A stretch of 56,856 nt of DNA from NCBI GenBank assembly GCA_030588705.1, contig JAUUXD010000001.1, forward strand, positions 1 to 56,856, given 5' to 3'. Every line of letters begins with the position of its first letter. Positions within the stretch are counted from its first letter, which is position 1. Shown here piece after piece: positions 20,974-30,031 of the stretch. The stretch is from a bacterium. GTDB lineage: Bacteria > Babelota > Babeliae > Babelales > Vermiphilaceae. The notes under the pieces were generated by a model. That model saw only the letters and a program-made list of their open reading frames with translations, ran no database searches and had not been told where the DNA came from. Position numbers and translations under genes: made by a program.

Positions 20974-20983
20974 GGGAAATCAT

Positions 20984-21634
20984 ATGGCACAAAAACAAGA
21001 ACCGTCAGAACGAATCATTAAATTTTTAAAAGTCGCCTTTATCAATGGCATAATTACCATCTTGCCGTTTACATTCACCATAGGCGTTTTCATGCTCTCA
21101 TTTAAGCTGGTGATTAACTGGCTTAAACCAATCCAAGATTTTATCGGCGATCCAATCGGCTTTTTGGCAGCCATCCACTATAAAGCAATTGCCAACCAGC
21201 TCTTTCTTTTAATCCTTGGCATTTTGGCCATCGGCATCGTCATTAGAGCGTTATTCCTCAAACGGTTTATGCTCCAGTTTGAAGAGATTCTTTTTAAGGT
21301 GCCCCTCGTACGCCCCATTTACTCAGGAATCAAACAACTGATTCATGCATTCAGTATTCAAGATAAGATCTCATTCAAGAAAGTGGTCCTCGTAGAGTTC
21401 CCCCGCGCCGGCATTTACAGCCTCGGTTTCTTAACCAGCGAACTTCCTGCCAGCATCGCCCCTAACGAAGGAAAATTCTATAACGTCTTTATCCCTACCA
21501 CGCCAAATCCCACCAGCGGCTACTTTATCATCCTGCCCGAAAAGGATTTCAAGGAGGTGGATCTGACCCGCCAGGAAGCGATGGCAATGATCATTTCAGG
21601 AGGGATCATCCAGCCTGAGCGACTCCTAAAATAG
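20984..21634 (+). CDS. DUF502-family membrane protein
   Basis: The ATG is at 20984; the track's 20852 start is a spurious extension into glmM. Two TM segments are followed by PLVRPIYSGIKQL and IPTTPNPTSGYFIILP, which I associate with DUF502. Confidence 0.7.
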   Translation: MAQKQEPSERIIKFLKVAFINGIITILPFTFTIGVFMLSFKLVINWLKPIQDFIGDPIGFLAAIHYKAIANQLFLLILGILAIGIVIRALFLKRFMLQFEEILFKVPLVRPIYSGIKQLIHAFSIQDKISFKKVVLVEFPRAGIYSLGFLTSELPASIAPNEGKFYNVFIPTTPNPTSGYFIILPEKDFKEVDLTRQEAMAMIISGGIIQPERLLK

Positions 21635-21635
21635 A

Positions 21636-22574
21636 TTAAAAATTCCCCTGCAGCACATTCGTAAAAAATAGCTCAAGTGCCACGTCGCTGCCACCGTTCT
21701 TTATATGGAAATCCATCTCATAGAGCTGATGATGTGCTTGCTGTAATGCAGCCAATGAGTGGGAGCGCCAATCACGATTCTTAAATGAAAACGGCAACCG
21801 ATAGGCTACCCTATTGGCCTCCACTCCTTTGCCCACTTTTTGCAAACGAACATACGCATACGCTTGCCACAGTTGCTCTGCCCAGAATGCAATCCAGAAC
21901 GGTGCGCCGTACGTGCGGCCCACTTGCTTCCATTGGCGAAAAAAGCTGCGTGACTGTTTTGAGAACAATGCCTGACTCAATGAAAAGAGAGAGCTCTCAG
22001 GCACCAGTAATTTATGTAACCATTCCTCTACAAACCGTGAACTATTTTTCCCCACCAGGCTCCCGTACTGCATAAGGAGTACGGCCTTTTCTAATGGAAT
22101 CTCTTTATGAAATCGATAGATCTGATCAGCGAACGGTTCCAACTGATTACCCATCAAGGTAGACAGTGTCAAAAACAGTTCATAATTAACGGTTGCAGGA
22201 AGCTTCACCACAACGCGTGATTTTGTTGTTTTGATCAGTTTGCTGGTAAAAAAGAATAATTTATTCGGCCCTTTATATGCCATAAGATACGCATGCCATG
22301 CATCCCCCACCTTTTTAGATACCATCGTATCTGAAGCAAGCCAATACCACGATGCAGTGCCCAAAAAAGTGGTCTGCAATGATGCCATGGTAGACACATG
22401 ATTTTCTGAACTCATACTACTCGTTAACATCTCCTGACTGCCAGTACGCGCGCAATGTGCAATCAGTTGACGACAAAAAAGAAGCGGATATGTATCTGCT
22501 TGAAAACAAACAACTGAGGCTTCGCTAATTGTTTTTTGGATTGCATCATCACGAAGAAATTGCGTTAGATTCAT
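21636..22574 (-). CDS. Possible DNA polymerase III delta subunit (HolA-like)
   Basis: 312 aa. The size and the C-terminal pattern (AYRLPFSFKNRDW...AALQQAHHQLYEMDFHIKNG) resemble HolA. This assignment is weak. Confidence 0.4.
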   Translation of the reverse strand: MNLTQFLRDDAIQKTISEASVVCFQADTYPLLFCRQLIAHCARTGSQEMLTSSMSSENHVSTMASLQTTFLGTASWYWLASDTMVSKKVGDAWHAYLMAYKGPNKLFFFTSKLIKTTKSRVVVKLPATVNYELFLTLSTLMGNQLEPFADQIYRFHKEIPLEKAVLLMQYGSLVGKNSSRFVEEWLHKLLVPESSLFSLSQALFSKQSRSFFRQWKQVGRTYGAPFWIAFWAEQLWQAYAYVRLQKVGKGVEANRVAYRLPFSFKNRDWRSHSLAALQQAHHQLYEMDFHIKNGGSDVALELFFTNVLQGNF

Positions 22575-23377
22575 TATCTCTCAGCAATTGATTGTTGACG
22601 TTTTTTTAAACTAAATAAAGGTAATTTTTGCTCACGCTTTGGCGTGATTTGTTCAAGAGAGAACGGATGCTTTTTAAAAAACTGTATGATCGTTGCAAGC
22701 CCACCAAGCGCAAGCTCACGAACTTCATCAATGTATTCCCACTCGATCGGCTCCTTTTCAGCACCACCCTGCATCTCAATCAATTTACCAGCATGGGTCA
22801 TGATCACGTTAATATCAGCCACGCCCTCGCTATCCTCACGATAATCAGGATCAAGCACCAACTGACCATCTGCAAGCACACCAACAGCAACTGCCGCTAT
22901 ACCATCCTTCAAAAATGGCTTTTCGATCGTGCCATCGGCAATCCAGCGCTGCTGTGCCATCAAAAGCGCAGCACTCGCTGCAGTAATTGACGCAGTGCGC
23001 GTGCTTCCATCAGCCTGCAGCACATCACAATCCACCACGATAGTTCGTTCACCGAGAACGGTATCGTCTATCACGGTACGTAATGATCTGCTAATTAAAC
23101 GAGAAATCTCCACCGAACGGCCCGAACGGCGCATCACTGATGCTTCACGGATTGTTCGAGTCTTCGTTGAGGCAGGCATCAATGCATACTCACCCATCAG
23201 CCAACTCACTCCCTTGCCACGTAGAAATGGGGGAACAGATGGTTGCAAGGTAACGGCACAGAGAATCTTCGTCTTGCCCTGTTCAAATAAAACCGAACCG
23301 GCTGCATATTCAAAAATGTTATAGGTAACGGTCGTCGGGCGAAGTTCATTCGCCCGACGTGTATCATGCCGTTTCAT
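22574..23377 (-). CDS. rph: Ribonuclease PH
   Basis: 267 aa with ANELRP, GKGVSWLMGEYALMPAST and DGSTRTASITAASAAL. The stop overlaps the holA-like start by 1 nt. Confidence 0.9.
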   Translation of the reverse strand: MKRHDTRRANELRPTTVTYNIFEYAAGSVLFEQGKTKILCAVTLQPSVPPFLRGKGVSWLMGEYALMPASTKTRTIREASVMRRSGRSVEISRLISRSLRTVIDDTVLGERTIVVDCDVLQADGSTRTASITAASAALLMAQQRWIADGTIEKPFLKDGIAAVAVGVLADGQLVLDPDYREDSEGVADINVIMTHAGKLIEMQGGAEKEPIEWEYIDEVRELALGGLATIIQFFKKHPFSLEQITPKREQKLPLFSLKKRQQSIAER

Positions 23378-23395
23378 ATCTTAAATCAGCTCTGC

Positions 23396-25486
23396 TTAGT
23401 TCGTCATAATACGAAGACTAATTCTTCCAGTGACATCGTCATAATCAAGAACTTCGACCTTAACCACATCATCTAGCTTATAGGTGCGAGCAAAATCGCG
23501 TTGCTTATCTCGTGGGATATTGGAAATATGTACCAATCCTTGTACCCCAGGAACCAGCTCAACAAAGATACCAAAGTCCGCCGTTCTTTTAACCTTACCG
23601 TCAAAGATATCACCTGATGCCATTTGGCCTGCCAAGGTTTTTACCCATTTAACGGCAACATCAGTTTTCGCGTCAGGACCACCAAATATTTTAACGATAC
23701 CATCTGGCTCGATATCAATATTTGTATTGGTTTCTGCAATAATTTCACGAATTGTTTTACCACCAGAGCCAATCACCGCACCAATTTTATCGGTATTGAT
23801 TTTAAGCGTGGTTACTTTCGGTACCAAATCAGATAGGTTTGGATTTGGCTCAGACATCACTTCGCGCATCTTTTCCAAGATGGAAAGACGTCCACCATGT
23901 GCCTGCTCCAATGCTTTTTCAAACACTTCACGTGCTAAGCCAGCCTTAGATTTGATATCCATTTGGATCGCCGTAATACCATCCTGCGTACCCGCAACTT
24001 TGAAATCCATTAAACCGAATGCGTCTTCAAAGCCCGTAATATCTGAAAGTACCTTAATCGTTCCATCTGCATTCTTAAGCAGACCCATAGCAATACCACT
24101 TACCATTTTGGTAATCGGCACACCACCCTGCATCAATGCCATCGTGGAACCACAAACCGTTGCCATCGACGAAGAACCGTTCGATTCTAAAATGTCGGCA
24201 ACAATACGAATCGTGTACGGGAACTCTTCTTTACCCGGACGCACATATTTGAATGCAGATGCTGCTAAGCTTCCATGCCCAATTTCACGTCGGCCAGGGC
24301 CACGTAAAAATCGTGCTTCACCCACAGAGAACGGTGGAAAATTATAATGGAGCATAAATGAACCATCAAAATCATTTTCACCATCACCCATCAATGTTTC
24401 TGCACGTTGCTCATCATCACCGCTACCAAGCGTTACCGTGACCAGCGCTTGCGTTCTGCCTCGTTTAAACATTGCAGAACCATGCGTAAAGGGTAACAAC
24501 CCAACCTGGATCGAAATCGGACGAACTTCATCAAAAGCGCGATTATCTATCCGCTTATTTTCAGCAAAGATAAACTCCGTTACTTTTGTATTAAGCACGG
24601 AATCAAAAAGGTAATTTGCCACTGATTTTGGTGTATCTTCTTCTTCCAAAAGCTCTTTATTCTCTTCAAGAAAAACTTCACGTAATGCCTTGAGCCGTAT
24701 ATCTCGCTCAATTTTATCAGACAAGTTGATCGTCTTAACTCGTTCTGCAGTAATATACAGTTGCGCACGATTACGCCATGCATCAAAATCATAGAGCGCT
24801 TCGAATTTTTCTTTCGGCACACCCGCTTCGCTCTGGATCGTCTGCTGCCAAGAAACTACCTGCTTAATCGCATCATGTCCCTGAAACAGTACATCCACAA
24901 ACTCTTTTTCATCCACCTCATTGCCAAGTCCTTCAACCATTACAATACCGTCAGCGGTACCAGCAATCGTGATGTTAGCATCAGCTTTTACACTTTCCGG
25001 ATAGGTTGGATTAATCTTCCATGTACCATCGAGCCGTGCTACTTCAACAGCTCCTATAGGACCCAAGAATGGAATCTTGGAGATAGAAAGCGCCATCGAA
25101 GCTGCAATCAATGCAATCGTATAAGGTGCATGTTCTTTATCAACTGAGTAAACCGTCATAATAACCTGCACTTGATCAAAATAATCAGCAGGAAATAGTG
25201 GACGTAATGCACGATCAATTAATCGAGCAGTGAGCACTTCACGCTCAGAGGGTCTCCCCTCCCGTTTGTAATAGCCCCCAGGAATTTTACCTGCAGCAGC
25301 AAACTGCTCACGATACTCCACCGTGAGAGGAAAGAAACCAGGAAAATCTTTTGATGGTGCGGAAACAGCAGTAGCTAATACCACCGTACCTCCATACTTA
25401 AACCATACAGAACCATCCGCCTGTTGTGCGAATGTTCCCAATTCAACTTCGTAATTAAAGTCTTTTAAACTAAATGTTTTTGTCAT
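23396..25486 (-). CDS. pnp: Polyribonucleotide nucleotidyltransferase (PNPase)
   Basis: 696 aa with two RNase PH-like domains, a KH domain (IGAVIGSGGKTIREI) and an S1 domain (GDIFDGKVKRTADFGIFVEL). Confidence 0.95.
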   Translation of the reverse strand: MTKTFSLKDFNYEVELGTFAQQADGSVWFKYGGTVVLATAVSAPSKDFPGFFPLTVEYREQFAAAGKIPGGYYKREGRPSEREVLTARLIDRALRPLFPADYFDQVQVIMTVYSVDKEHAPYTIALIAASMALSISKIPFLGPIGAVEVARLDGTWKINPTYPESVKADANITIAGTADGIVMVEGLGNEVDEKEFVDVLFQGHDAIKQVVSWQQTIQSEAGVPKEKFEALYDFDAWRNRAQLYITAERVKTINLSDKIERDIRLKALREVFLEENKELLEEEDTPKSVANYLFDSVLNTKVTEFIFAENKRIDNRAFDEVRPISIQVGLLPFTHGSAMFKRGRTQALVTVTLGSGDDEQRAETLMGDGENDFDGSFMLHYNFPPFSVGEARFLRGPGRREIGHGSLAASAFKYVRPGKEEFPYTIRIVADILESNGSSSMATVCGSTMALMQGGVPITKMVSGIAMGLLKNADGTIKVLSDITGFEDAFGLMDFKVAGTQDGITAIQMDIKSKAGLAREVFEKALEQAHGGRLSILEKMREVMSEPNPNLSDLVPKVTTLKINTDKIGAVIGSGGKTIREIIAETNTNIDIEPDGIVKIFGGPDAKTDVAVKWVKTLAGQMASGDIFDGKVKRTADFGIFVELVPGVQGLVHISNIPRDKQRDFARTYKLDDVVKVEVLDYDDVTGRISLRIMTN

Positions 25487-25506
25487 TATAACCTATTAGT
25501 AGTATT

Positions 25507-25522
25507 CGTGTCATATGACACG
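25507..25522 (-). promoter_or_regulatory. Perfect 16-nt palindrome in the rpsO-pnp spacer (candidate processing or attenuator hairpin)
   Basis: The palindrome cgtgtcatatgacacg lies 21 nt upstream of the pnp ATG on the minus strand. In E. coli the rpsO-pnp spacer carries regulatory hairpins. A similar function here is inference. Confidence 0.35.
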
Positions 25523-25534
25523 GTATTATATATA

Positions 25535-25804
25535 TTATTTTCTGAGGCCTAACTTGCCAATCAACTGTTTATATTTAGGCTCATCGGTACGTTCAAGATA
25601 CTTCAACAATTTCTTGCGCTCACATACCTTCCTAATCAGACCACGTCGTGATCCGAAATCTTTATGATGTTCCTTACAATGCTCAGTTAGTTGTTTAATA
25701 TCTTTCGACAACAACGCAACTTGTACTTCGCTAGAGCCCGTATCTTGTGGGGTCCTGCCAAATTCCTGCATTATCTTTTCTTTCTCTATTCTTTCTAATG
25801 CCAC
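25535..25804 (-). CDS. rpsO: 30S ribosomal protein S15
   Basis: 89 aa with a GTG start after an AGAGG SD. The sequence contains TGSSEVQVALLS...HHKDFGSRRGL. Confidence 0.95.
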   Translation of the reverse strand: MALERIEKEKIMQEFGRTPQDTGSSEVQVALLSKDIKQLTEHCKEHHKDFGSRRGLIRKVCERKKLLKYLERTDEPKYKQLIGKLGLRK

Positions 25805-25853
25805 AATCGTAACCTCTTGCTATGGTCTTGTTATATATTATCAATCGTTAAGC

Positions 25854-25928
25854 TGGTAGGCACGAGCGGTATCGAACCGCTGACCTCTGCTACGTCAAAG
25901 CAGCGCTCTACCACTGAGCTACGCGCCT
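25854..25928 (-). tRNA. tRNA-Val (anticodon GAC)
   Basis: Hand-folded 75-nt cloverleaf: AGGCGCG-TA-GCTC-AGTGGTA-GAGC-G-CTGCT-TTGACGT-AGCAG-AGGTC-AGCGG-TTCGATA-CCGCT-CGTGCCT-A-CCA. The 5' end overlaps the last 10 nt of rpoC. Confidence 0.9.
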
Positions 25929-28900
25929 ATGTTTGGCCCTGATAACTCTTCTTCCTGCGCCTGTTTTTCCAAGTCGGAAATGTCGTCACCAAGATATTTT
26001 TTTCTAAACACTTTTGTGCCCGTTCCCGCTGGAATCAACTTTCCAACAATCACATTTTCTTTCAGACCATATAGATGATCAATCTGGCCTGCAAGTGCCG
26101 CCTCGGCTAAAATACGCGTTGTTTCTTGGAATGATGCTGCAGAGATAAAGCTTTCGGTACCCAATGAAGATTGCGTAATACCCAGAAGTACCGGTTTAGC
26201 GATCGCAACCTTTTTACCTTCTGCCTGTAAAATTGCATTCACCGCCGCGAAATGAATACGATCAACTTTATCTCCAATAAGGAAATCACTATCACCAGAA
26301 TCCACCACGCGCACTTTTCTCATCATCTGTTTCACAATAATCTCTATGTGACGATCATGAATGTCAACACCAGTCAGGCGGTAAATTTGCTGAATCTGAT
26401 TCACCAAGTATCGTTGCACCACATCTGGTCCCAAAATACGAAGCATATCATGAAGCACCGGAGAACCAATCGAGAGTTGATCACCAGCACGTACCTGTTC
26501 AGCATTAACCACATTGAGCTGCTTACCACGTGGTACAAAATAGTCGTACGATTCTGCTCCAGATACAACGGTAATTTTACGCAACCCACGGTGCAAACCA
26601 CCGATAACCACTTCCCCATCAATATCGGAGATGATTGCAGGATCTTTCGGCATACGTGCCTCAAACAGTTCTGCAATTCGTGGCAAACCACCCGCAATAT
26701 CTTTTGTTTTGGATGCTTCACGTGGCATCTTCACGAGTATATCACCAGCCACAATACGCTGGTTATTGCTTACGTTCAAAATAGCGCCCGTTGGAAGGAA
26801 ATATTGTGCAATTTCATTCCCCTCATCATCCAAAATGAGCAATGCTGGCTGATATTTCTCACTACGTGCTTCCGTAATCATAAAGTTCGACATACCGGTT
26901 GTATCATCAAAACTCTCTTGAATCGTCAAATTTTCAATCAGATCAACAAACGTGGCCGTACCAGCCTTTTCGGTAATCAACACCTTGCCATGCGGATCCC
27001 ATTCAGCCATACGGATGCCCTTTTTCACTTCCTGTTTATTTTTGACCAAGAGAACAGAACCATACTCAAGATCATGTTTTTGTAACTCACGCCCATCTAC
27101 TGAGTTAACCAACAACGTACCACGACGGCTCAAAACAACTTCATTGCCATCTTTATTTGTTACGGTGTTACAGTTTATCAGCGCAATAATACCATCCTGC
27201 TTTGCATTAACGTAGGGCTGATCAGCATCAACACTAGCAATACCACCCATATGGAACGTTCTCATAGTAAGCTGTGTACCCGGCTCACCAATCGATTGGG
27301 CACCAATAATACCCACCGTAGTACCGAGATCAACCAATGCATCTTTCGACAAATCGTAGCCATAGCACTTAGCACACACGCCACGCTTTGCCTGGCAGGT
27401 GAGTACAGAGCGCACTAAAATTGTTGTAACCGCTGCATTATCAATGGTAATAACATCGGAACGACTAATCGAATCCCCTTGCTTAAATAAGAGTTTGCCC
27501 GTTACCGCATCTTTAAGGTCGGCAGCTAAAATACGACCAAAGACACGTTGCGCAACCGGATGAACCACCTCACCAGCTTGTTTCAAATCTATTATTTCGA
27601 GATAACCAAGCGTTTTGCAATCTTCCATGGTCACCACCACGTCTTGCGCTACATCAACCAAACGACGGGTAAGGTAGCCAGAGTTTGCCGTCTTAAGCGC
27701 CGTATCTGCCTGCCCTTTACGCGCACCATGAGTAGAAATAAAGTATTCCGATACACGCAACCCTTCTTTAAAGTTACTTTTCACCGGTGTTTCAATAATT
27801 TCACCCGTAGGTTTTGCCATCATACCACGCATACCAGCAAGCTGTTTGATCTGATCTTTCGATCCACGAGCACCCGATTCTAACATCATAAAAATAGGGT
27901 TGAAAGGCTTAAAGTCTCTGTCCTTATTATTAAAAGCAGCTTTATCTTCATCTTCAAGGTATCGATACATTTCCGATGCTACCGCAGCCGTCGCATGTCC
28001 CCAGATACTAATAATCTTATTGTATCGTTCACCATCGGTAATCGCACCATCCATATACATCTTTTCCGATTTAATCACCTCTTTTTCTGCTTTCTGAATA
28101 ATTGCATCCTTTTTATCAGGAATTATGAGATTAGAAAGAGAGAAAGAAATACCACTCATCGTGGCATAGTAAAAGCCGAGCTTCTTGATCCTATCCAAGC
28201 AGTCAACGGTAGCCGGTGCACCAAATTTATAGTAAATCTGTTCAATAAAGTTTCGCACATCCGATTTCTTCAACACCTTGTTGACCCACGCAAAATCGGC
28301 ACCCTTCGGCAACCGTTCATACACCAACACACGCCCCACCGTGGTATCAACTAATTCTCCACTATCAAGACGAAACTTGATTAATGTGTGAAGTGCCACC
28401 TTTTTTACATGGAAGGCAAGAGACACTTCTTGCGCACTCGAAAATACAATTCCCTCACCTTTTTGGCCAAAGCGAAGTTTTGTCATGTAATGAAGTCCAA
28501 GAATCATGTCCTGCTGCGGAACCGTCACCGGACGACCATTCGCTGGAGATAGGATGTTTTTCGTAGAAAGAATAAGTCGTTTACATTCTTCCTGCGCACG
28601 TTCATTCAATGGTAAATGTACTGACATCGTATCACCATCGAAATCAGCGTTGAATGCGCTACACACAAGAGGATGAATTTTAATAGCCTTGCCATCCACC
28701 AAAATTGGGAAAAACGCCTGAATACCCAAACGATGCAACGTTGGTGCACGGTTTAAGAGTACGGGACGACCTTTTACCACCGATTCAAGCACATCCCATA
28801 TTTCAGGAGCATGTTCTTCCACCATCCGACGAGCCACTCGCATATTCGGTGCCAATTCCCATTTCATCAATCCTGCATATACATAGGGACGAAACAGCTC

Positions 28901-30031
28901 AAGTGCCATCAGCTTTGGAATACCGCACTGATCCATGCGAAGATCAGGATCAACTACAATTACCGAACGACCAGAGTAATCCACTCGACGCCCAAGTAAG
29001 TTTTGTCGGAATCGCCCTTGCTTCCCTCGCAACATTTCACTCAATGATTTGAGAGGGCGACGATTCGATCCACGTACCGGTTGGCCACGACGACCATTAT
29101 CGATCAACCCGTCAACCGATTCCTGTAACATACGTTTTTCATTTTTAATAATTACTTCAGGAGCTTCAATATCCATAAGGCGTTGCAATCGAATATTTCG
29201 ATTCAACACCCGTCGGTATAATTCGTTCAAATCAGAACTTGCAAAACGCCCACCTTCTAACGGAACCAACGGACGAAGATCCGGTGGTAACACTGGCAAC
29301 GTAGTAAGCACCATCCATTCAGGTTTTAGGTTCGCATGCAACAATCCTGAAAGCGCTTTAATACGACGCATAATTTTATGACGTGCTGCAACCGATGCCG
29401 TTTTTGAATACGCTTGACGCAGTTTCGCTATTTCAAAGTTAAGATCAATAGCTCTCAATACTTGGCGAACTGCCTCAGCACCCGTTTCGGATAAAAACTC
29501 CGCATCTTCCGGGTGAGCATCCACGTAACTATTGTATTCATTGGTCGTTAATAATGTTTTAACAGGATACGGCGATTTCCCTTGCTTAACCACCATATAA
29601 GAATCAAAATAGATCACCCGCTCTAAATCTTTTACTACCATGTTCAGAATCAAACTAAGGTAGCTTGGAATTCCTTTTAAAAACCAGATATGGCAAACCG
29701 GTGCCACCAACGCAATGTGCCCCATACGTTCACGGCGCACACGTGATTGAATCACTTCAACGCCACATTTTTCACAGGTTACCCCGCGATGTTTCATCCG
29801 TTTATATTTTCCACAGTTACATTCCCAGTCCTTTACCGGACCGAAAATACGCGCACAAAACAGACCATCTCTCTCTGGCTTTAACGTACGATAGTTAATC
29901 GTTTCAATTTTCTTCACTTCACCATACGAGAGCAAATTAATTTTCTCTGGTGAAGCAAGACTCAACTTAATCGCATTAAATCGAGTGACGTTCACGTACT
30001 CTTTAAACCGTTCTAATATACGATCACTCAT
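25919..30031 (-). CDS. rpoC: DNA-directed RNA polymerase subunit beta'
   Basis: 1370 aa with the N-terminal Zn motif CNCGKYKRMKHRGVTCEKCGVEV and the catalytic NADFDGD. Confidence 0.97.
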   Translation of the reverse strand: MSDRILERFKEYVNVTRFNAIKLSLASPEKINLLSYGEVKKIETINYRTLKPERDGLFCARIFGPVKDWECNCGKYKRMKHRGVTCEKCGVEVIQSRVRRERMGHIALVAPVCHIWFLKGIPSYLSLILNMVVKDLERVIYFDSYMVVKQGKSPYPVKTLLTTNEYNSYVDAHPEDAEFLSETGAEAVRQVLRAIDLNFEIAKLRQAYSKTASVAARHKIMRRIKALSGLLHANLKPEWMVLTTLPVLPPDLRPLVPLEGGRFASSDLNELYRRVLNRNIRLQRLMDIEAPEVIIKNEKRMLQESVDGLIDNGRRGQPVRGSNRRPLKSLSEMLRGKQGRFRQNLLGRRVDYSGRSVIVVDPDLRMDQCGIPKLMALELFRPYVYAGLMKWELAPNMRVARRMVEEHAPEIWDVLESVVKGRPVLLNRAPTLHRLGIQAFFPILVDGKAIKIHPLVCSAFNADFDGDTMSVHLPLNERAQEECKRLILSTKNILSPANGRPVTVPQQDMILGLHYMTKLRFGQKGEGIVFSSAQEVSLAFHVKKVALHTLIKFRLDSGELVDTTVGRVLVYERLPKGADFAWVNKVLKKSDVRNFIEQIYYKFGAPATVDCLDRIKKLGFYYATMSGISFSLSNLIIPDKKDAIIQKAEKEVIKSEKMYMDGAITDGERYNKIISIWGHATAAVASEMYRYLEDEDKAAFNNKDRDFKPFNPIFMMLESGARGSKDQIKQLAGMRGMMAKPTGEIIETPVKSNFKEGLRVSEYFISTHGARKGQADTALKTANSGYLTRRLVDVAQDVVVTMEDCKTLGYLEIIDLKQAGEVVHPVAQRVFGRILAADLKDAVTGKLLFKQGDSISRSDVITIDNAAVTTILVRSVLTCQAKRGVCAKCYGYDLSKDALVDLGTTVGIIGAQSIGEPGTQLTMRTFHMGGIASVDADQPYVNAKQDGIIALINCNTVTNKDGNEVVLSRRGTLLVNSVDGRELQKHDLEYGSVLLVKNKQEVKKGIRMAEWDPHGKVLITEKAGTATFVDLIENLTIQESFDDTTGMSNFMITEARSEKYQPALLILDDEGNEIAQYFLPTGAILNVSNNQRIVAGDILVKMPREASKTKDIAGGLPRIAELFEARMPKDPAIISDIDGEVVIGGLHRGLRKITVVSGAESYDYFVPRGKQLNVVNAEQVRAGDQLSIGSPVLHDMLRILGPDVVQRYLVNQIQQIYRLTGVDIHDRHIEIIVKQMMRKVRVVDSGDSDFLIGDKVDRIHFAAVNAILQAEGKKVAIAKPVLLGITQSSLGTESFISAASFQETTRILAEAALAGQIDHLYGLKENVIVGKLIPAGTGTKVFRKKYLGDDISDLEKQAQEEELSGPNIGA

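Noticed and set aside
20852-20983. N-terminal extensions in the ORF track. Examples are the 20852 start of the DUF502 gene, 55971 of the ABC-F gene, 15401 of the lipase, 53481 and 53903 of the small secreted genes, 46393 of tdk and 2248 of the 1679 ORF.
   Set aside because: The extensions overlap upstream genes or lack an SD. Internal ATGs with an SD and canonical family N-termini or signal peptides give better models.
23484-24347. A 287-aa ORF antisense to pnp. Similar long antisense ORFs lie at 26252-27085 (277 aa, within rpoC) and 30081-30731 (216 aa, within rpoB).
   Set aside because: These are shadow ORFs on the strand opposite highly conserved genes. Their products are low-complexity (Ser/Pro/Ile/Phe-rich), have no SD or motif support, and the conserved sense-strand genes explain them fully.
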